A stretch of 15,405 nt of DNA from a candidate division WOR-3 bacterium (lineage in GTDB: Bacteria; Hydrothermota; Tepidihabitantia; SM23-42; JAOAFX01): contig JBBILZ010000055.1 of the NCBI GenBank assembly GCA_037444665.1, forward strand, positions 1-15,405, read 5' to 3'. Positions 1 to 6,295 of the stretch are shown in pieces; the first letter of the stretch is position 1, and each line of letters opens with the position of its first letter. The notes beneath the pieces were generated by a model that was not told where the DNA came from, did not search any database, and worked only from the letters and a program-made list of their open reading frames with translations. The position numbers and the translations under genes are program-made.

Positions 1-2
1 TG

Positions 3-788
3 GGACCAGGGGAAATCATTCTATTAAGTGAAAGTAAGATAAAACAGATTAAAAAACCAAGCAATGACCTCAGACTCTGCACATTCTTATTTGTTTATAC
101 TGGATTCCCCGCATCAGAGTATGAAGGCAAGAATGTAGAAGAGTTCAGAGAAGATTCAGGCAGAATCATTGCCCGACGGGATAATGTCAAGATTGATATG
201 GTTGCCGGTATTGCCGATTCAGGGACTGCTTATGCACATGGTTATGCGTCTGAATCCGGTGTGCCGGTCCGAATTCCATTATTGAAATATACACCTGGTT
301 GGGCAAGGAGTTATGTTCCACCAACCCAGCAAATGAGGGACCTGATTGCCCTGATGAAACAAATTACAGTTGAGGCGTTGATAAAAAATAAAAAAATCGC
401 CATTACTGAAGATTCAATTGTCCGTGGCACACAATTAAAAAATTACCTTCTGGTCAAACTCTGGAATGCCGGTGCAAAAGAAGTTCATGTTAGACCTGCC
501 TGCCCGGCATTGATGTTTCCGTGTAAATTTTTGTTTTCAACAAGAACCCTTGATGAGTTATTTGCGCGGAGAATTTTAAAACAAATGTTTGGTAAACATT
601 TGAAAGATGTCCGAGCTTATCTTGACCCGGATTCAAAACAATATAAAAAGATGCTCAAACAGATGGAAAAAGATTTGAATATCACCAGTTTAAGATACCA
701 GCGTCTTGAAGATATGCTCGCTGCAACTGGCTTACCCGTAAAGAACCTATGTATCTATTGCTGGGCAGGCATTGAAAAACTAAAATAA
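3..788 (+). CDS. purF: Amidophosphoribosyltransferase (PurF family), C-terminal part; 5' end lies outside the window
   Basis: The frame of ORF 198..788 is open back to base 3 (GPGEII...LCTFLFVYTGFPASEYEGKNVEEFR...). Motifs: VAGIADSG, GYASESG, PRPP loop ITEDSIVRGTQ, AGAKEVHVR. Four Cys lie in the positions of Bacillus-type [4Fe-4S] ligands (CTF, FPC, CIYC). Stop TAA at 786-788. Confidence 0.88.
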   Translation, partial: GPGEIILLSESKIKQIKKPSNDLRLCTFLFVYTGFPASEYEGKNVEEFREDSGRIIARRDNVKIDMVAGIADSGTAYAHGYASESGVPVRIPLLKYTPGWARSYVPPTQQMRDLIALMKQITVEALIKNKKIAITEDSIVRGTQLKNYLLVKLWNAGAKEVHVRPACPALMFPCKFLFSTRTLDELFARRILKQMFGKHLKDVRAYLDPDSKQYKKMLKQMEKDLNITSLRYQRLEDMLAATGLPVKNLCIYCWAGIEKLK

Positions 789-795
789 TATAATT

Positions 796-1827
796 ATGGA
801 AATTGACCTGCGGAGCGACACAGTCACATTGCCCACACAAAAGATGCGTGAGGCAATCTATCATGCTGAACTCGGCGATGATGTATTTGGTGATGACCCG
901 ACCGTAAACAGGTTTGAAAAAATGGCAGCAGAGATTGTAGGTAAAGAAGCAGGTTTGCTCGTCTCCAGTGGCACACAGGGAAATCTTGTCTGTCTGTTGA
1001 CCCATTGCCATCGTGGTGATGAAGCCATCCTGGGCAATCTATCCCACACATTTTTGAATGAAGTTGGCGCACTATCAGCCCTGGGTGGAATCCATCCTCA
1101 TACTGTTATAAATCAGGAAGATGGGACAATGAACTTAAAAGACATTGAATCTGCAATCAGAGGAGATAATATCCATTACCCGAGGACAAAACTAATCTGT
1201 ATTGAGAATACACACAACCGTTGTTTTGGAGCACCTCTCACTGTTGAATATACAAATCGTGTGTGTGAACTCGCTCGGCGTTACAATCTGAAAGTTCACC
1301 TTGATGGTGCAAGAATATTCAATGCCGCAGTTGCCCTGAATGTTGATGTCAAAGAATTAACCAGTAATGTAGATTCTCTAAGTTTCTGTTTATCCAAAGG
1401 TTTATCCGCTCCCATCGGCTCGGTCGTCTGCGGGAAAAAAGAATTCATTATGGAAGCAAGAAGATATCGCAAGATGTTGGGTGGGGGAATGCGTCAGGCA
1501 GGAATTATTGCGGCAGCAGGTATTGTAGCATTGGATGATATGATTGAGAGGTTGAGGGAAGACCATAACAATGCCCGTATCCTTGCCGAAGGAATCAGCA
1601 AAATCCCTGGTCTTCTCATTGACCTGAACAAGGTCAGAACCAATATCATCTATTTTGACCTGACAAGTAAAAAGATAAGCGCAGATGAATTGATACAAAA
1701 ATCTGCTCAGGAGGGCATAAAATTTTTAGGCACTGGCCCTAACCGTTTCAGGATGGTTACCCATTATGGAATTACCGAAGAAATGGTCAAATATACAATT
1801 AAAGTATTGACGAAAATTATGGAATAA
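796..1827 (+). CDS. ltaE: Low-specificity L-threonine aldolase (PLP-dependent)
   Basis: IDLRSDTVT N-terminus, GDDVFGDDPTV, SGTQGN, ENTHN, HLDGARIFNA, PLP lysine in CLSKGLSAPIGS, RKMLGGGMRQAG; 343 aa; starts 7 nt after the purF stop. Confidence 0.95.
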   Translation: MEIDLRSDTVTLPTQKMREAIYHAELGDDVFGDDPTVNRFEKMAAEIVGKEAGLLVSSGTQGNLVCLLTHCHRGDEAILGNLSHTFLNEVGALSALGGIHPHTVINQEDGTMNLKDIESAIRGDNIHYPRTKLICIENTHNRCFGAPLTVEYTNRVCELARRYNLKVHLDGARIFNAAVALNVDVKELTSNVDSLSFCLSKGLSAPIGSVVCGKKEFIMEARRYRKMLGGGMRQAGIIAAAGIVALDDMIERLREDHNNARILAEGISKIPGLLIDLNKVRTNIIYFDLTSKKISADELIQKSAQEGIKFLGTGPNRFRMVTHYGITEEMVKYTIKVLTKIME

Positions 1828-1842
1828 AACGGGCACCCGTTT
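1827..1842. terminator. Small hairpin between convergent ltaE and HD genes, possible bidirectional terminator
   Basis: Inverted repeat AAACGG-gcac-CCGTTT directly after the ltaE stop, in a 29-nt convergent gap. Stem is short and U-tracts are weak. Confidence 0.35.
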
Positions 1843-1856
1843 AGCTGAAAAATCGA

Positions 1857-2378
1857 TTAATTCTTTATCGCCTTTGTCTTTTCAATATCAAAATCAATAA
1901 AATCACAATGATGAATTACAATGGCTTCAGGTGAACGGCTTACCTTCTCTCCTTCTTCAGAGTGTGCCGCAACAATATGGGCAATCTCCAGAGGCAAACC
2001 CGCATCAAGAACCAGATGATAACCAGAGACCGGATGTCGGATAAGCTTACCATAATCACTCTTTATATACTTGCCACCCTTAAACTCATACTCAAGTAAT
2101 TTGCCCACATCGTGAACCAGACCACCGGCTACGATAATATCCCAGTTAAGGTCATTACGGAGCCGGGCAATCTCCATAGCCATCTGTGTTACTGCTCTGG
2201 TATGTTCAATCAGGGTCTTTTTCGTTTGTATTAAAAGCGTAAACGGAATATCTTCAATGCTCTCCCATTTGCCTTTTCTAATTGCACTGAGCCAGGCATT
2301 TATTACACCGCTGCGCAACCTTGCATCCTTTATCTCATCTATTTCGGGAAATATTTTTTTAATATAAGTTTCATCCAT
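1857..2378 (-). CDS. Stand-alone HD-domain (HDIG-like) metal-dependent phosphohydrolase
   Basis: H...HD...H...H...D ligand pattern: EHTRAV, VHDVGKLLEY, RHPVSG, AHSEEG, HHCDF; 173 aa; begins 9 nt after the LeuD-like stop. Confidence 0.85.
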   Translation of the reverse strand: MDETYIKKIFPEIDEIKDARLRSGVINAWLSAIRKGKWESIEDIPFTLLIQTKKTLIEHTRAVTQMAMEIARLRNDLNWDIIVAGGLVHDVGKLLEYEFKGGKYIKSDYGKLIRHPVSGYHLVLDAGLPLEIAHIVAAHSEEGEKVSRSPEAIVIHHCDFIDFDIEKTKAIKN

Positions 2379-2387
2379 AATAATTTT

Positions 2388-2900
2388 TTACCCTTGCATA
2401 AATTTCAAATATTGTAGCAAACCACCGGCATTGAGAATCTCCTTCTCCAGTTCAGAAATGGGCTCCGCCTTATAAATTTTATTCTGGGTTATATCCTTTA
2501 TCTCACCGGTCTCAATATTAACTTCAAGGATATCGCCATCCTGAATTTCGTTTGCTTCCTTCAATTCTAATACGGGTAAAGCAGTATTTATACAATTACG
2601 ATGGAATATCCTTGCGAATGATTGGGCAATGATTAATGAAATACCAGCACCATGAATGGCAATTGCGGCATGTTCCCTTGAAGAACCACAACCAAAGTTC
2701 TTTCCTGCTACAATAATATCACCTGGTTTTACATTCTTTATAAATTCCTCTCCCCTGTCTGTTCCTTCCATTGCGTGTTTTGCCATTTCTGATTTATCAG
2801 TTAGTGGCAAATACTTCCCCGGGTAAATCTGATCAGTATCAATATCATCTCCAAAATGCCAGGAAGTTCCGCGAAATCTTACCGACAATAACCTATCCAT
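2388..2900 (-). CDS. 3-isopropylmalate dehydratase/homoaconitase family small subunit (LeuD/HacB/DmdB type)
   Basis: FGDDIDTDQIYPGKYL, IIVAGKNFGCGSSREHA, SFARIFHRNCIN, ILNAGGL; ATG abuts the large-subunit stop codon. Confidence 0.92.
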   Translation of the reverse strand: MDRLLSVRFRGTSWHFGDDIDTDQIYPGKYLPLTDKSEMAKHAMEGTDRGEEFIKNVKPGDIIVAGKNFGCGSSREHAAIAIHGAGISLIIAQSFARIFHRNCINTALPVLELKEANEIQDGDILEVNIETGEIKDITQNKIYKAEPISELEKEILNAGGLLQYLKFMQG

Positions 2901-4145
2901 TTATAACTCCATGGGTGATGTTATCACACCCCGTAACGCAGTCGCCGCAGCAGTAGCAGGCGAAGCAAGATAGACTTCTGTACCCTTTCCAAGTTTACCA
3001 ATAAAATTGCGATTGGAAGTTGAAACCATGACTTCGCCCGGAGCAAGAATCCCGGGGTGTCCGGTTGTGCAGAGTGAACAACCTGGATTTACTACCACTG
3101 CTCCGCTCTCTAAAAAGATTTTGTATAAACCTGCCTGTTCTGCAGCCATCGCCACTTCCATTGTTGCGGGCACAATAATCAAACGCACCCCATTATTAAT
3201 TCTTTTCCCTTCCAATATCCGTGCTACAACCTTTAAATCCTCAAACCTACCATTGGTGCAGGAGCCAATAAAGACCTGGTCTACTTTCCTTCCTGCTACA
3301 TCTGAAACATTCGTCACATTATCAGGTGAATGGGGACAGGCAATCTGGGGTCTCAAATTTGATATGTCAAATCCGTAGACCTTTTCATACTCTATATTAT
3401 TGTCAGATTTAATCGGTTCAAGGTCAGTAACATTATGCCCGCGTAAAAATTCAAATATTGGCTCATCTGGTTCAATAAATCCAATATCACCGGACATTTC
3501 TGTCACCATACTCGCCAGCGTAATCCGTTCAGCAAGATTCATCATCATTATCGCCTCACCAAAAAATTCTATTGCCCGATTTAGTGCACCACTTGTAGAC
3601 AGATTTTTTAAGATATATAAAGCAACATCCTTTGCCGTCAATGGATATTTTAAAATGCCGTCAACGATAATTTTGATGGTGCGCGGCACTTTAAACCAGA
3701 GTTTACCCCGATAGAGCCCAGCAGCAATATCAGTCGTACCCATTCCAAAACCTGCTGCACCTACTGCACCCAAGAGATTCATATGGCTATCAGTACCGAT
3801 TATTACATCCCAGGGCTTGACCAGCCCATTTTCAAGGAGAATATGCTGTCCAACTCCAGTATTAATATCAAATAATCTGATATTATGTTCCTTTGCGAAC
3901 TTCCGTAAAATTTGCTGGTTTTGCGCAACCTTTTCATCACGGGCAGGAATGTGGAGGTCAAAAGTAATGGCAACCTTTTTATTATCAAAGACCGGTGCAT
4001 CTCCAAAATGTTCTTTATATTCCTTTACTACATTGGGACCACCAAAGTCACGCATTGCAACAAGGTCAAGATTGACCCATACATAATCATCAGCTTTTAC
4101 CTTTTTGTTTGCTGCCCTTGAAAAAATCTTTTCAATAACTGTCAT
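2901..4145 (-). CDS. 3-isopropylmalate dehydratase/homoaconitase family large subunit (LeuC/HacA type), [4Fe-4S]
   Basis: GVGQHI, IGTDSHMN, GMGTTD, AKDVAL, ERITLASM, cluster cysteines in FIGSCTNGRFEDL and NPGCSLC, STSNRNFIGKLG, YLASPATAAA; ATGA overlap with the upstream dehydrogenase at 4142-4145. Confidence 0.93.
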   Translation of the reverse strand: MTVIEKIFSRAANKKVKADDYVWVNLDLVAMRDFGGPNVVKEYKEHFGDAPVFDNKKVAITFDLHIPARDEKVAQNQQILRKFAKEHNIRLFDINTGVGQHILLENGLVKPWDVIIGTDSHMNLLGAVGAAGFGMGTTDIAAGLYRGKLWFKVPRTIKIIVDGILKYPLTAKDVALYILKNLSTSGALNRAIEFFGEAIMMMNLAERITLASMVTEMSGDIGFIEPDEPIFEFLRGHNVTDLEPIKSDNNIEYEKVYGFDISNLRPQIACPHSPDNVTNVSDVAGRKVDQVFIGSCTNGRFEDLKVVARILEGKRINNGVRLIIVPATMEVAMAAEQAGLYKIFLESGAVVVNPGCSLCTTGHPGILAPGEVMVSTSNRNFIGKLGKGTEVYLASPATAAATALRGVITSPMEL

Positions 4146-5260
4146 AGTTTGCTCGCTATTGCCTCTGCCATCTCCAGGGTTGAAGCACTGCCACCCATAT
4201 CATAGGTCTTAACCTTTCTCTCTTTAATGACTTCTGCCACACCACTCTCAAGTCTCAGTGCAAGTTCAGACTCACCGAGCCATTCAAGCATCATCTTTGC
4301 GGCAAGTATCGTGGCAATGGGATTGACCTTATACATACCAGCATATTTAGGAGCAGAACCATGGGTAGGTTCAAAGACTGCAAGTTTCTCACCAATATTG
4401 CCTGAACAACCAAAACCCAGACCACCCACCATCTGGGCGCAAAGGTCTGATACAATATCACCATAAAGATTTGGTGCTACAAGCACATCATAGTTATAAG
4501 GATTTTTTAGAAGCCACATCATAATCGCATCAACATTTGCCTCATCAAACTGAATTTCAGGATAATTCTTTGATACTTCTCTTGCAGTCTCAAGAAATAA
4601 ACCATCTGAAGCACGCACCACATTTGCTTTATGGATAACTGTAACCTTTTTTCTATGGTGCTTTTTTGCATAATCAAATGCGGCACGAATAATTTTTTCT
4701 GAACCCTTTCGGGTATTTACTTTGCAGGATATTGCAATATCCTTTGCATCCAGATTTTTAAATGGTTCAAAATTTCTGGAAAGGTTGGTTAATAATTTTG
4801 ACAGGTCTTCCGGAACAGGAAAAAATTCAACACCCGAATACAAATCCTCGGTATTCTCCCGAAAGACAATAAGGTCTATATTTTCTTTGTAATTAAGGGA
4901 ATTGCCAAGATATGCCTTGCAGGGTCGCAGACATACATAGAGGTCAAACAACTGTCTCATTCTCACGATGGGAGAACGATAGACCAGTCCTTTACCTTTC
5001 AGTTCTGGAACAAGTTCAACCTCTGCTTGTTTTACAGGTTTGGAAGTAATTGCACCGAAAAGTGCTGCGTCAACATTCTTCAGTAAATTCACAGTGCGCT
5101 CGGGCAGGGGTTCGCCTTCCTTGCACCAGAATTCCCAGCCAATATCACCATGGATATACTCCGCATCCAGATTTAATTTATCAAGTACAATTCTCGTAGC
5201 ATCCAGCACATCATTGCCTATACCATCCCCTGGCAACCAGGCAATCTTATATTTTGCCAT
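4142..5260 (-). CDS. Isocitrate/isopropylmalate/homoisocitrate dehydrogenase family beta-decarboxylating dehydrogenase
   Basis: LPGDGIG, LFGAITS, RQLFDLYVCLRP, FRENTEDLY, HKANV, NLYGDIVSD, FEPTHGSAP, NPIATIL, TYDMGG; SD AGGAGG at 5270-5265. Confidence 0.93.
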   Translation of the reverse strand: MAKYKIAWLPGDGIGNDVLDATRIVLDKLNLDAEYIHGDIGWEFWCKEGEPLPERTVNLLKNVDAALFGAITSKPVKQAEVELVPELKGKGLVYRSPIVRMRQLFDLYVCLRPCKAYLGNSLNYKENIDLIVFRENTEDLYSGVEFFPVPEDLSKLLTNLSRNFEPFKNLDAKDIAISCKVNTRKGSEKIIRAAFDYAKKHHRKKVTVIHKANVVRASDGLFLETAREVSKNYPEIQFDEANVDAIMMWLLKNPYNYDVLVAPNLYGDIVSDLCAQMVGGLGFGCSGNIGEKLAVFEPTHGSAPKYAGMYKVNPIATILAAKMMLEWLGESELALRLESGVAEVIKERKVKTYDMGGSASTLEMAEAIASKL

Positions 5261-5303
5261 TGAACCTCCTCTATCACTAATTCTGTATTAAAATAGCAGT
5301 GAT

Positions 5304-5331
5304 ATTCTATTTAAAAAAATGGCATAGTCAA
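5304..5331 (-). promoter_or_regulatory. Putative sigma70-type promoter of the dehydrogenase/hydro-lyase operon
   Basis: Minus strand TTGACT (5331-5326), 16 nt spacer, TAGAAT (5309-5304), upstream of the SD and the ATG at 5260. Confidence 0.65.
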
Positions 5332-5364
5332 TAGGTGAATGGGATACCACAGAAAAGTTCCTCC

Positions 5365-5392
5365 TTGACTTATATGATTTTTTGATTATGCT
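5365..5392 (+). promoter_or_regulatory. Putative sigma70-type promoter of the 5415 gene
   Basis: TTGACT (5365-5370), 16 nt spacer, TATGCT (5387-5392); SD AAGGAGG at 5403-5409. Confidence 0.6.
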
Positions 5393-5414
5393 TATCAATA
5401 TAAAGGAGGCACAA

Positions 5415-5744
5415 ATGGAGAAGAAATTTACGGCATTGCGCATTGTGTCTGTAATTTTTAAAGTCCTTGCCTGGATCGTTGCAGTATTAACCATAATCGG
5501 TTTTATTGTGATGCTCATTGGTGGTGCAGCAATGTCATCTATGATGGGGCGGGGTTATGGTGGATATGGATATGGTGGTATGGGTGCACTCGGTGCATTT
5601 GGCGGTGTAGGCATCGCCTTCGGTATCCTGATTTATGGTGCTTTTGTCTTTGTCAGTTTGCTCGCTGCCGCTGAAATGATTCTTGTAATCCTTGCTATTG
5701 AAGAGAATACTCGAGCGCTGAAACCACCGCAGGCAGGTGGATAA
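5415..5744 (+). CDS. Hypothetical membrane protein (two hydrophobic segments joined by a Gly/Tyr/Met-rich loop), 109 aa
   Basis: Start moved from 5382 to ATG 5415 because AAGGAGG lies 5 nt upstream. MEKKFTALR, then a hydrophobic segment, GRGYGGYGYGGMG, a second hydrophobic segment and AEMILVILAIEENTR; followed by a terminator. Confidence 0.85.
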   Translation: MEKKFTALRIVSVIFKVLAWIVAVLTIIGFIVMLIGGAAMSSMMGRGYGGYGYGGMGALGAFGGVGIAFGILIYGAFVFVSLLAAAEMILVILAIEENTRALKPPQAGG

Positions 5745-5760
5745 TTAATTTTGCAAAATT

Positions 5761-5790
5761 AAGGGGCAGATTTCTCTGCCCCTTTTTTAT
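5761..5790 (+). terminator. Intrinsic terminator, probably bidirectional
   Basis: Perfect 10-bp stem AAGGGGCAGA (5761-5770), TTTC loop, TCTGCCCCTT (5775-5784), then TTTT; lies between two convergent stop codons. Confidence 0.85.
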
Positions 5791-5966
5791 TTGGTGAATA
5801 AAAAATGGAAAACGAGCGCGAAGAGTAGCATTGTTATTGTAAGACGAAGATAGGTTAAAGCAGCGAGTCCAAGAAGTGCCTTGTCAGGCATAAATAAGCG
5901 GGCAATCACCGCGAGCACCATGGTAATAACTGCAACCACAAATGCAACATATTTTAGATTCTTCAT
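5787..5966 (-). CDS. Small two-TM hypothetical membrane protein, 59 aa
   Basis: MKNLKYVAFVVAVITMVLAVIARLF...LLGLAALTYLRLTITMLLFALVFHFLFTK. ATG at 5966 is preceded by SD-like GAGGGGG. The ORF-track start at 6017 is the TTG of the -35 box. Confidence 0.75.
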   Translation of the reverse strand: MKNLKYVAFVVAVITMVLAVIARLFMPDKALLGLAALTYLRLTITMLLFALVFHFLFTK

Positions 5967-5989
5967 TTCAACCCCCTCGGTTAATAATA

Positions 5990-6017
5990 AATATAAACAA
6001 TATTTTTGAAATGTCAA
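5990..6017 (-). promoter_or_regulatory. Putative sigma70-type promoter of the 59-aa membrane protein gene
   Basis: Minus strand TTGACA (6017-6012), 16 nt spacer, TATATT (5995-5990). Confidence 0.6.
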
Positions 6018-6034
6018 GCAGGAAATCGGCTAAC

Positions 6035-6070
6035 AAATACCTAAAAGTCCAAAATACCTAAATACCTAAA
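6035..6070. repeat. Short direct repeats (AAATACCT x3)
   Basis: AAATACCT at 6035-6042, 6052-6059 and 6060-6067, each followed by AAA, with a degenerate unit AAAAGTCC between the first two. Confidence 0.75.
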
Positions 6071-6192
6071 GCTATTAAAAGGAAGTATTTTCTTCAGTCG
6101 TGTATTTTTTGACTATAAACCATACCCTATAACCATACTGGCTGCTACGCCTTACAACCTTAGACCTGTTTCTAAACCAATCCCTGATATAA

Positions 6193-6215
6193 TGCCCGAT
6201 AAATCGGGCAACTAC
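6193..6215 (-). repeat. GTAG-type REP-like palindrome (single copy in window)
   Basis: Minus strand reads GTAG-T-TGCCCGAT-TT-ATCGGGCA: a GTAG tetranucleotide followed by a perfect 8-bp GC-rich inverted repeat, in intergenic DNA. Confidence 0.6.
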
Positions 6216-6295
6216 ATCTATGGTAAGATAAGAAAATAAATCTGAAATTGGAGAGGATTCAAGGATTTAATTTAAGAAATTAAAGAGCGAAAAAA

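Noticed and set aside
682..1698. Minus-strand ORFs 682..1011, 824..1072, 861..1049 and 1402..1698
   Set aside because: Antisense shadows of purF and ltaE with no recognisable motifs or RBS.
2388..5260. Assigning gene symbols leuB, leuC and leuD
   Set aside because: Family membership is clear, but the specificity motifs (HGSAPKYAG, SPIVxxR, YLPL) and the lack of leuA do not support leucine-specific names.
2771..5291. ORFs 2771..2956, 3007..3378, 3400..3714, 3803..4006, 3817..4086, 3912..4121, 4227..4466 and 5040..5291
   Set aside because: Antisense or out-of-frame overlaps of well-supported enzyme genes.
5288..5518. 76-aa minus-strand ORF
   Set aside because: Antisense to the SD-supported 5415 gene and runs across two promoters.
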